Positions 29,683-40,200 of a DNA stretch of 64,000 nt are shown here, in pieces. The stretch is from the IMG/VR virus record IMGVR_UViG_3300032294_002797, positions 62,001 to 126,000 of that record; one strand, written 5' to 3'. Made by a program: the position numbers and the translations under genes. The notes below the pieces were generated by a model that was given only the letters and a program-made list of their open reading frames with translations, was not told where the DNA came from and made no database searches. Every line of letters begins with the position of its first letter. The first letter of the stretch is position 1.

Positions 29683-32600
29683 ATGTCAGACAATATAATT
29701 TCCGGAATATTATATCTAGGCTCTGGTACAGGATATGATAATATTATATCAGATACTTCCGGTGTTAATACTGTTTTTAACAGAAACGGACAAAATATAG
29801 ATTTCGCCGTATCTGGCACAAACAGCTTTTTATATTATGATGCTTCGACCGGTCGCTTAGGGTTGGGAGATAAAAATCCCGATGCTGCTTTGCACGTTAT
29901 AGCTCCTTGTGCATATGACGGCCTCAAAATAGAAGGAACCACAAACTGTCCTACTGGTGTAAGACTGCTGCTCTTGCACAATCCCGGTATTTCTCCAGAA
30001 TCCGGCAGCTATCCTTCTACTATAGATTTAGCTGGTCATGATACTAATAGTCAAACTATAAATTATGCTCAGATACGATCAAAAGTTTTAAATCCGACTA
30101 CATCAGCTACTAGCGGCGAAATTATCTTTAATGTTGATCATACTGGTACTTTGAGTACAGTTTTTAGAGCTAATACTGCCAATACTGTTCTTGGTGGATT
30201 AAATATTATTAATGGATACTCATATAATGTTCTGGGGTCAAATAATACTCTATCTGGTTTACTATATATAGATCTAGGTTCTAATAACGCTGGTACTGTT
30301 TATTCTGGTTTATTATTAGGAAATAATATTGATATCAACGCATCTAATGCTATTTGCGTATCTAATACTGCCGGGTTATCTGGGATTAATATCTTGTTGC
30401 TAGGCAATAATACATTTGTAAGTGGATATACCAATGTTGTAGTAGCAAATAATTCAACAGTTTCTGGGTCAGAGAATATATTATTAGGCAATAATAATAC
30501 ATTATCTATAAATACAAATAAAATTATTGGTTTATTTAATAATGCAAATATAGGCGGTTCATCAGGCGTAGGTATGGGATCTGATGTTAGAGCTACTGGC
30601 ATAAATAATGTATTTATTGGTAATAATGTTACTATAACAGGAGCCAATAACTCCGCTATAGGCACCAATACTTCTATTAGTGGAAATAATAATTTAGTTT
30701 ATGGTGGTTCATCTAGCATAAGCGGCTTTAATATAGTATCTATAGGAAATAGTATTAATCCTGTCGGAGTTTCTAGTGGTTTATTCATAGGTAATGATAT
30801 TGATGTATCTGATAGTAGCAGATCCGTTGTTATGGGTCTTGGTAATCAGATTGATAATATCTTAAATAATAGTACTATCATAGGTTTAACTAATGATACG
30901 TCGAGCGGAGAAGCCAATGATTTAGTAATTGTAGGACAAAACAATAAATCATCCACTATCACTAATACTCTGGTGATGGGTAATAATAATAATATAAGCG
31001 GTACTGCTAAAAATAATATTGTATTAGGTCCTAATAATTTTAGTGCTTTAACTAGTAATAATAATATTATTATTGGAGCATTAAATAATAATAGTGGTAT
31101 GAGAGTTACATCTGACGGAAATATCTCGGGCTCTCCTTCTCGTAGTAGTAGCACCGTGACTAATAGTTTGATGTTAGGCATTAATAATATAGGCTATAGT
31201 ACCACTAATACTACTATAGTAGGAAATAAAAATTATCTCAATGGTAGTAATTTTAATTCTATTGGTTCTTTCAACAACATAAAAAATACTAGTAACACAC
31301 AGAATATCGGCAACAACAACTTTATTTTGGGCGACTTTACTAATATATTAGGTGGCAGAGTAACATCGATTGGCTCATCTTCTATTATTAATAATCCCTC
31401 TAAAAGACCAGTATATTCTTTTGGAGATGGCAATATTTTATTTGGAAATAATGAGATTGTAGTTAGTGGCTTATGTATAGGAGACAATAATGATCTATTG
31501 GGTTTAAATAATATTGTTTATGGGAAAAATAATTTTATTGGAAGATCTAGAAATCCTTGTATTGTAGATGCTGCAACTGTCATCATCAACGGAGATGTGA
31601 CAGCTAACTACAAAAATGGAGATAGGGTATTAGTATCTATTGTAAATCCTGCTGCTACCGATAATATCTATATAAGACTAGTAGATTCAGTATCATATCA
31701 GAATGTAGATGGCCTTACTCTTATTAATTTAAGCGAAGGTATTGCTCCAGTAGGTGTTGATTATGGAGTTCAGTCTACTTTCGACGGATCGTTACCATCA
31801 CCGTCTGTTACAGTTAGTGGTTGGGTAATGCCATATCAAAATGGAAATGATTTGACAGATCCTGTTGGAGATCCGTTATATGGCGATAGTAATATTGTTA
31901 TAGGAGATAGTAATAGGTATCCCAATACTAGTGGATTAATATTGGGCAGATCTAATAGTGTGACAGGAGTGAATAATATAGTTATTGGTTATGGTATTAC
32001 TAATTATACTAATAATAGTGTGCAAATTGGTAGTAATAATGCTAATAAAATTTATTTTGATGATGATACTATCGTTTTTAATACTGGTCTTTCTCAAAGC
32101 ACAGTAATACTTAATAGTAGATTAGCTGGCACTACTCTATTAGCAAATCTAGCTCAGAATAGAGTTGGTATTAATACTAGCGTACCACGATCTACCTTGG
32201 ATGTTAGTGGAACATTAACAACCAATACTCTACGAGTAGGCCTAAGCGGTATTCCAGGATATACTCTGACCTCTGATGCTAGTGGAAACGCCACATGGCA
32301 GTTCCCTGTTAATTTATCTGGTATTAATAATGGTATTTTATATCGCATTAATAATAAGGTTGCTAGCGGAATTAGTGAACTAGTATTTAATCCGGTTAGT
32401 AAATTTTTAACATATCTCAAACCGTCTGCTACTAATATTGGCGATTTTGAAGACGCATTCATACTTACTCCATCTGGCTTATTTATTAATGATACGGTCG
32501 ATGATAATAGCTCATACAATATTACAGTGAAGGGGTCCGGTGTCGGACTGATAGAAGGAGTAGAAGGCTATGATCTTCGTGTTAATCTACTCAAAACTCT

Positions 32601-34149
32601 ACCTAAATATAATGCTATTCAGTTCTACAATATAACGGGAGTATCTGGTCATTTCTATAGATATTCTATTACAGACCAAGTATTTTTACCTCTTAATTTA
32701 ACTGGCACATTATTGAATGTTTCTAATACTGATGGAGCATTACAGGTAAGAAATATGCCAGGTAATACCGTGTTATTCTCTAATAGAAATTCGTTAGCTT
32801 CTGGTAGTAATGATATAAAGTTTTTTAGCAATGATAAAGTTCTAACTATCGGTTCTACAGGTGTGCTATCTGATGTTCAAACTTTAAATTTTGCTGGTTT
32901 TACAGATACCACTAGTAATATTATACTAGGCTCTACCTCATCTTTTGGTACAGTTATTAATAATGCTGGCTATGGTCAACCTTTTAGTGTTATGAATTCC
33001 GGAGCCAATTTTCCCAATGCGAGATATGGATTACATTATAATACAGCTAATGGGATACTAGGCGTCAATATAGCTCCTGATGCTACAATTAGACAGACTG
33101 CTGGAGGTGGCGCCACACAATGGCAGAACATCACAGCAAATAAGTTAGTAGTCCCGGGTCGTATATATACGGAAGGGCTTCAAATTATATTAAATGGTAA
33201 TCAATTTCCTCCCATAGGTCAAAGATACCTCAGAGTCAATGATGATGGAGTAGTAAGTTTTTCGGCCTTAGACATATCTCCTCAATTCAGTGGCATATTC
33301 CCGATATATGCTCAACCTAGAACACAAGGTAGTGCGAATATAGATATAGGCATTCTAAATCGCAGACCCGGCAATAATACTAATTTATCAACAGATGATA
33401 ATGGTCTTAACTTGGTTTGGGACGGAGTAAAATGGAATACTGATTTGAGAGGAGCAAGATTTTATCAGCCGGACAGCAGTAGCACTAACGATAATCTTAT
33501 TCCGGGACTATTGATTGGTCCTGGAGGCAGAAAAAATTCATGTAATAATACCCATGTATTTGCTGGGACTCCCTTCTTAGATACTAATATAGATCCACAA
33601 TATAGAGGATCTAGTCAGTTGTCTAGGTTTTATCTCAAAGGTAGAACAAGCAATAACTCAAATACTGAATTAGTTTCTGATTTTACCAAAGATGTATCAC
33701 CTCTTCCGTCTCCCACTAATACTATTAGCACTAGATATCTATATACTCCATCTAGCTCGAACCTTATCGAATGGAATGGTAAGTCAGTTTGGTTATATAA
33801 AGCACAATTTTGTGGTTTAGCATATAGTATTGTTGCCGGCGCTGAACAAGAAAATAATCCACGGGCTGTAGCTGGAACTTTAGAAGGAGCATTCCTTACG
33901 TATCGTGACAATCAGAATACCCGACAGGCTGTTATTTTAGGAACACCAAACATCACAGTATATAAAAGTTCTTTATTAAATTGGGGATCAGAGGATCCTA
34001 TCTATGCTACTGGAGTCACAGATGGGAATGCACAGAGACTAGCGTTCGTAACAAGAGGACTGGCAGATTATCGTATTCTATGGAATACTACAGTAGATAT
34101 TCAACAGCTCAATCACCCCAGCGGAATAAATTTATCGGCATCATTTTAA
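29683..34149 (+). CDS. Tail fibre/spike with Asn/Gly-rich beta-helix repeats
   Basis: RLGLGDKNPDAALHV and RVGINTSVPRSTLDV fibre motifs; many (I/V)G-N-N-N turns. Confidence 0.75.
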   Translation: MSDNIISGILYLGSGTGYDNIISDTSGVNTVFNRNGQNIDFAVSGTNSFLYYDASTGRLGLGDKNPDAALHVIAPCAYDGLKIEGTTNCPTGVRLLLLHNPGISPESGSYPSTIDLAGHDTNSQTINYAQIRSKVLNPTTSATSGEIIFNVDHTGTLSTVFRANTANTVLGGLNIINGYSYNVLGSNNTLSGLLYIDLGSNNAGTVYSGLLLGNNIDINASNAICVSNTAGLSGINILLLGNNTFVSGYTNVVVANNSTVSGSENILLGNNNTLSINTNKIIGLFNNANIGGSSGVGMGSDVRATGINNVFIGNNVTITGANNSAIGTNTSISGNNNLVYGGSSSISGFNIVSIGNSINPVGVSSGLFIGNDIDVSDSSRSVVMGLGNQIDNILNNSTIIGLTNDTSSGEANDLVIVGQNNKSSTITNTLVMGNNNNISGTAKNNIVLGPNNFSALTSNNNIIIGALNNNSGMRVTSDGNISGSPSRSSSTVTNSLMLGINNIGYSTTNTTIVGNKNYLNGSNFNSIGSFNNIKNTSNTQNIGNNNFILGDFTNILGGRVTSIGSSSIINNPSKRPVYSFGDGNILFGNNEIVVSGLCIGDNNDLLGLNNIVYGKNNFIGRSRNPCIVDAATVIINGDVTANYKNGDRVLVSIVNPAATDNIYIRLVDSVSYQNVDGLTLINLSEGIAPVGVDYGVQSTFDGSLPSPSVTVSGWVMPYQNGNDLTDPVGDPLYGDSNIVIGDSNRYPNTSGLILGRSNSVTGVNNIVIGYGITNYTNNSVQIGSNNANKIYFDDDTIVFNTGLSQSTVILNSRLAGTTLLANLAQNRVGINTSVPRSTLDVSGTLTTNTLRVGLSGIPGYTLTSDASGNATWQFPVNLSGINNGILYRINNKVASGISELVFNPVSKFLTYLKPSATNIGDFEDAFILTPSGLFINDTVDDNSSYNITVKGSGVGLIEGVEGYDLRVNLLKTLPKYNAIQFYNITGVSGHFYRYSITDQVFLPLNLTGTLLNVSNTDGALQVRNMPGNTVLFSNRNSLASGSNDIKFFSNDKVLTIGSTGVLSDVQTLNFAGFTDTTSNIILGSTSSFGTVINNAGYGQPFSVMNSGANFPNARYGLHYNTANGILGVNIAPDATIRQTAGGGATQWQNITANKLVVPGRIYTEGLQIILNGNQFPPIGQRYLRVNDDGVVSFSALDISPQFSGIFPIYAQPRTQGSANIDIGILNRRPGNNTNLSTDDNGLNLVWDGVKWNTDLRGARFYQPDSSSTNDNLIPGLLIGPGGRKNSCNNTHVFAGTPFLDTNIDPQYRGSSQLSRFYLKGRTSNNSNTELVSDFTKDVSPLPSPTNTISTRYLYTPSSSNLIEWNGKSVWLYKAQFCGLAYSIVAGAEQENNPRAVAGTLEGAFLTYRDNQNTRQAVILGTPNITVYKSSLLNWGSEDPIYATGVTDGNAQRLAFVTRGLADYRILWNTTVDIQQLNHPSGINLSASF

Positions 34150-34158
34150 GGATTAGAT

Positions 34159-35739
34159 ATGAGCATAGCGATTTCATATGGAAGCTTTGCATTTAGTGGT
34201 TTGGGTAATGACCCCTTGGTATCTTTCGATACTCAAATCAACAGATCAGAAGCAGGATATATCATAGGAACTACTGACAAAATTAGATTAAATGGAATTA
34301 TTTTTGGTTCAGGCAGACTCAACGATGCGAAGAATGCTAATGATCCCGCGACTTCTAATGCATGGACAACCCTAGCGAGTGGTATCGGATTTTTATCCAC
34401 AGGACTAAAAGATTATTCTTCCTTAACAATTAAATGTGGTAGTACAGAAATATATAAATCTAATCCTTTATCTACTATTATTGAGAGTGTTAATATTAAT
34501 AATAGTACGGATGATAACTGGAATCAAATAGTAGATTATACTATTAATTTATCTGTAGCCAATAGTGGACACTCTAATTATATTCCAGATACTGGATTTT
34601 ATATATCAGACTTTAGCGATAATTATAGTATCCAAATAGCTCAAGATAATCATTATTATTATCATCCGGTTTCTACTACTACCCCACATTATCCTAACTC
34701 TGTACAGACACAACGACTACCTGTCTATAATATAACACGAGATGTTTCTGCTGTAGGAATATATACCAGTGGAAGCGCCAACTCTGCATTAAACAATGCA
34801 AAAAACTTTGTTTCAGGCATACTAAATACTAATCCTCAAATTAATAACATTATTAATAATCTAACATTATTAGATAGATCTATTGTGATATCCGCTAGCG
34901 AGATAGATGGACAGTATAGCATCAAAGATAGTTTTATAGCCATGAGTGGACTCGGAGCTTCTGGATGGATAGACACATTTACTATCAATAACGAAGTAAA
35001 CGACCAATTATTAAGGACTGTGAGCATCCAAGGCACAGTAAAAGGACTTAACGATCTTACTGTTTCACCAGTTATGTATAATAACGTTTTAAATAATCAA
35101 TATATGTCTAATTTTAGTGGAACTCAGTTCAAGAATGCTAGCGGAGGATACTATGGTCATGTAAAACCCAATATTTTTTCTAGAATTTTAAGTACAATAT
35201 TTCCTACTGGCAGTTTGAGCGGCTTAGCGAATCAATATAGCTTGAATACAGGATTGAATCCAATACCTATATCAGCTAATGTTGATCATAATATTGTAGA
35301 AGGCAGTATTGGTTATTCATACACATATAATTCTAGACCATTATGTTTAGTTACAGGAGCTATCACAGAATCTTTAAACTTTGAAGATAGTTTTTCTACT
35401 CGTACATATAACATGCAAGATGTTTATTATCGCATGCCACTACCTCAAGATATAGGTACCAGGTCAATTCCTTCTCGCACCGTTACTTATGAAGCCACAT
35501 TTATTAAACCTCTCACAGGAGCAGCCATACCTCCTTTGGCTAAATCACAAATTACTGGTATTATAGAACAATTTAATCCTAATAAATTAACTCCGATAAG
35601 TTCCTCTGCTCAGTTTGGACCAGGATATTTTAGTTGGGTAACAGCCAATGAAGAGTCATATGATATTATGAATGGCAAATATAGTATTAAATATGCTTGG
35701 CAGTATCAAAAAGCATATTTTCCTCAAGGATTCTATTAA
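34159..35739 (+). CDS. Tail/baseplate protein, paralog A
   Basis: 526-aa beta-rich ORF; shares blocks with the next gene. Confidence 0.6.
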   Translation: MSIAISYGSFAFSGLGNDPLVSFDTQINRSEAGYIIGTTDKIRLNGIIFGSGRLNDAKNANDPATSNAWTTLASGIGFLSTGLKDYSSLTIKCGSTEIYKSNPLSTIIESVNINNSTDDNWNQIVDYTINLSVANSGHSNYIPDTGFYISDFSDNYSIQIAQDNHYYYHPVSTTTPHYPNSVQTQRLPVYNITRDVSAVGIYTSGSANSALNNAKNFVSGILNTNPQINNIINNLTLLDRSIVISASEIDGQYSIKDSFIAMSGLGASGWIDTFTINNEVNDQLLRTVSIQGTVKGLNDLTVSPVMYNNVLNNQYMSNFSGTQFKNASGGYYGHVKPNIFSRILSTIFPTGSLSGLANQYSLNTGLNPIPISANVDHNIVEGSIGYSYTYNSRPLCLVTGAITESLNFEDSFSTRTYNMQDVYYRMPLPQDIGTRSIPSRTVTYEATFIKPLTGAAIPPLAKSQITGIIEQFNPNKLTPISSSAQFGPGYFSWVTANEESYDIMNGKYSIKYAWQYQKAYFPQGFY

Positions 35740-35740
35740 T

Positions 35741-37252
35741 ATGTTATTAAGCGTAGCTTATGGAAATTTTATTTTTGACTCTATTAGTGGATACCCAACT
35801 CCCAGGGTTACAATAGATAACAAAAATAATAGAACATCCTCCGAACAATATTTATCTTCTACTCAAACCATAAGTTTAGAGGGTATCATTTATTTACATA
35901 AGTTGGGTAGTCATTATGGTTCTTCATTCTCATCTGCTCCATCATCGGGACTATTAAAAAAAGCCATCGATCTAAAAAATACTTTATTATCTCAAAGAGA
36001 GCCATCATTATGTATAATCAAAGCAGGATCTCAACCATTTGTAAGTGGCTCTGGTTATATCAGCAGTATTAATTTTGATACTAATCAGGATAGAGCAGTT
36101 AATAAGATAGATTATACTATAGAAATAGAATTATTTGATGGAATGTCTAGTGGATCTCTGAATTCCAAGCCTCGAAACCTTAGATCCGTACAAGAAAGTG
36201 TCGAGATTGAAACCAATTGGAATGAATTATATATAGAGACCGGTATTATATATCCAACATATAAAATATCTAGAAGATTATCAGCAACGGCTAATAAAGC
36301 AGGACAGAACGGAGCTTTATCGGAAGCAGTAGAGTGGATCAATAGCAGACAATCATATCTGACAGGTCTCATACCGGATACTGGTTCATTATACGACTAT
36401 AATAGATCAATAGACATAGATGAAAGTAGGGGGTCTATAAATTTTAGTGATGATTTTATACACAAAAATGGACAACCATGGATAGACACCTATACAGTAT
36501 CCACTAGTATGAGTGAGGATTTTACTAAAGAGATTAAAATTAATGGCACGATCAAAGGATTGCATAAAATTACTAGTCTAAATTCTATTACTGGTAATTT
36601 ATCTACCATTGCCAGTGGAGGCGGTATTCTTACTCCATTATTAAGTGGAATAGTACACACAGGCAATATGAAATATACTAATGCACTAAGCGGATACCTC
36701 TCCTTGACCGGATTGATGTTTTTTAGAGCTATGGAATATAATGGATCACAGACAAATCCTGTTTCTAATATTCCGGGAATCACACAGAACGCATTCCTAC
36801 ATAATATTCCCATATCTATTACTGAAGGATTTAATCCTACTAATGGAACTATAGAATATACATACGTATTTAATAATCGCTCTTCTGGATCTATTATTAG
36901 TGGCGCATTATCCGAAATGATTAATGTAACCGACAATGGGCCATTACCAAGAATATCTAATATTCCTGTACTTGGTCGTCGTTTGGGTCCGGTGGTGTAT
37001 TTTTATATATCGTCATCCGGCATTGGCGAAAGGACTGCTACTTATGAGGGAGTTTTTAAACCTCCCACTGGACTTAGGAAGTTTAAAGTGGATAATAATA
37101 TATTAAATAGTATTAGTGCCTATATCTCGGGTTTTGCTCCAAAGCCACCATATACAGGCTTGGTAACATCTGATACTAATAATATTAATATGAATGAAAA
37201 TAGAATTAGAAAGTCAGTTACGTGGCAATATACCAAATGTGCTAATGGTTAA
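35741..37252 (+). CDS. Tail/baseplate protein, paralog B
   Basis: Likely start MLLSVAYGNFIF at 35741 (cf. MSIAISYGSFAF); WIDTYTV..INGTIKGL vs WIDTFTI..IQGTVKGL. Confidence 0.6.
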   Translation: MLLSVAYGNFIFDSISGYPTPRVTIDNKNNRTSSEQYLSSTQTISLEGIIYLHKLGSHYGSSFSSAPSSGLLKKAIDLKNTLLSQREPSLCIIKAGSQPFVSGSGYISSINFDTNQDRAVNKIDYTIEIELFDGMSSGSLNSKPRNLRSVQESVEIETNWNELYIETGIIYPTYKISRRLSATANKAGQNGALSEAVEWINSRQSYLTGLIPDTGSLYDYNRSIDIDESRGSINFSDDFIHKNGQPWIDTYTVSTSMSEDFTKEIKINGTIKGLHKITSLNSITGNLSTIASGGGILTPLLSGIVHTGNMKYTNALSGYLSLTGLMFFRAMEYNGSQTNPVSNIPGITQNAFLHNIPISITEGFNPTNGTIEYTYVFNNRSSGSIISGALSEMINVTDNGPLPRISNIPVLGRRLGPVVYFYISSSGIGERTATYEGVFKPPTGLRKFKVDNNILNSISAYISGFAPKPPYTGLVTSDTNNINMNENRIRKSVTWQYTKCANG

Positions 37253-37266
37253 TAGGAATAATATTT

Positions 37267-40200
37267 ATGCCCATATGTAATTTTAGCTATAAAGAATGCG
37301 GGCCTTTTGCTCAAACATTATTTTTAGGTTGTAGCGTTGCTAATATAGGTCAAAATCTAGCATGGGGGTCCGAACCATCAACATGCACTATAAAATTGAT
37401 CAAAGACTTATCTTCTCATCCATCCGACCCGGCGTTTTTACCATCGACTACATATGCAGATACTATAACATCTACTGCGGATACAGTGACCAATACATTA
37501 TTTGATCCTACTATTGATGGCGCAGATCTGTCTCATACTTTGCGAAAAAATATTGCTCAACAAGAAAAAAATATAGAAGTTACCAGACTTGTAGATGATA
37601 TTACCAATATTCCTCAAGCTAGTTTAAAAGATCTAGGTAAAAAATGCTGGAATCCACACAACTTAGCTGCAAATCCTATAGATTGGGTTGGTCCCGATCC
37701 CGGTTTTGTAGGAGACAATTCGTTTATGGGGAGAAGACTTTTCGGTGTGGCTGGAGTTCCTTGTTACTTTAGATTTGATACTGTAATGTTTGGAGGACTA
37801 ATTAACAAATGGGCTTATGAAGGCGGAACATACAGTGTAGAATTAATGGGGCCTGGTAGCATGCTGAAGGGCGTTAAATTAATTGTTAATGAATACTATG
37901 GCTCTATATCCACATTAATTAGTAGTACTGCTGGTGCTTTACCAGGAGGTAATAGTCTCGCTATTCCTTATGGCGACACTAGTATCAACTCGTATACTAA
38001 TACGATTATTCAGGGCAACATTCCCAATGTTATTAATATTTTCGGATTCCTACAAAACATAGGATATGGTTCTACTCTAATATCCCAATATGGAGTTAAT
38101 GCTTCTCAAATATATGATACTCTCAACTTATTATTAAATAATAGTAATGGTATTCAAACAAATCAATTTTCTCCATACGGTGCAATAGTAGCTAAAAGCT
38201 TAATAGAATACACAAACAATAATAATGTAGGAATAGTTAATCCCGAAAATGCATCTCTTATGTATGGTGGTAAGACTATTAATTTAACACACCTAGGGCT
38301 AATGAATCATAAAGTGGCTGTAGACCAGGTTTTTAGACCATTGTTTAGATTGGATCTTAGTCAAGTTCCACGACCAGATCCAAATATCTATATGGATCTG
38401 ACTAATGTTATAGAGCTAGATCAATTCATTACTTTTTGTTGCGACGGAGCGGGAATGGACTGGAATACCGAGATTATTCCTGATTTAAGCGGCAGCGATT
38501 TTACTGGTCGTATAGTTATCAATACATATAATAGAAATATTCAGCCTCCACCTAAGGTTTTAAAAAATCTTGTTTCTACATTTGGAGCTGCGGATAGAGT
38601 TATTTCTTTCAATGCGGGCGAAGAATATAGTGATGAGCAAGTAAGAAAAATTGTAATAGGAGGTAAGCAAGAAAGATTATTTCAGGTAATGAACCATACA
38701 TTATCCAGATATCGTAATATTCGGGTCTTTGATATAGCAACCGGGAATTTTATGCCTATCGGAAACGATATGACTGATACGACATTATCTACAGGAGATT
38801 CTCGTAATACTATTCGTTGGCCCAGACCAAGTTCCACTAGGGCATATGATTCTAGTTTTGGCTTACCATATCGAACGTACGGAGGAGCGGCCACTGCACA
38901 AACAGATAATGATTTTCTATCCTCCGAGACATTAGGATTCAGTAATACTACTGTTACAAAAGGTAATTATACAACAACTGCCCCTTCGTTAAAAGACGAA
39001 GAAATTCCGTCTTTCCCATCTCCTGGACGAGCTTGTGAAGGATACTCTGGATATGCTTATCCCATATCCTATGATCTCATCAGCCCTTATTTTGGACGAA
39101 ATACAGATGGTAGTATTAGAAAGGTTTTTTATGATCGAAAACTTAGACAATTACAGGTTAATGTAAGTTTGTCTGACTTGCAGCCATTTTTTCCAGTTCA
39201 GGGCACCGGAGGATGGGGAGGTTTCATCACATTTTATGAAAATGAAATTAGAGCTGCTATCGCAGGATTCGATTCCTGGCTTTCCTACGTCCTTGAACCT
39301 GTTAAATTTGGATTTTCTTTACCTTCAACTTCGTTAATTCAAAAATTTATAGCTGATAAACATGGTCAGCAGATAGCGAATCAAATCATATTGGGTGGAT
39401 TAGGCATACTGAAAGGACAAACCAAAATGAGCGCGCTACCTGTAGCTGGACATACGGGTAACAGAATATCTCCAGGTAATTCTATTCCATATCTAGAAGG
39501 CATATTTGATACACTAAAAAAATTACATCAATTTATAGCATCAAATCTTGGCGAACACTATGGCAAAAATTTCTTGGTGAGACTACCAAATATACAAAGA
39601 AGGATTGGCCCTGATGGTGTTGCATACTATTCGTATCAGGTATGTGACTCGGGCTGGGAAGAACAGGGTAATTTCTTGGATGATACTATGCAAATAGGAA
39701 CAGCTGCCGCTACCGCTTTAGCAACAGAAAATGGTAAATTCCCACCCATTTTAGGATTCAACGCTTCTGCTGAATGGGATAATGCTACTTATTTTGATTT
39801 AGATTCTATGAGCCCTTGGGGCAGAACACTAATGAGTATGAGATCAAAATATGCTGAATTTAGTGGAGATAAATGGTATTTTCCTTTAGTACACGATCTT
39901 GATCCGGATAAGGTTGTTATAATGCCGTATGAAAGCACTCTTTTGAACGGGACCCTACGACCAGGATTTAATACTAACCCTCCTACACTCAATGATTCGT
40001 ATGGTAGATCTATACCAGATGATAAAAAATATAAAATGTATGTAACTGGTAGTATTTTAGAAACCGCCCCAGAGAATAAAGTCAATAAAAATATAATATT
40101 TAGTGAAAATGCTCAATATTGTGTTGTATCTAATACTTCCAAAATTCATCATGCATCTCATAATAGTCTTGTAAAAACTATGTATGAAGATTTGTATACT

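Noticed and set aside
13644-33911. Many short antisense or alternate-frame ORFs inside the TMP and fibre genes
   Set aside because: They are shadows of long coding frames with no recognisable motifs
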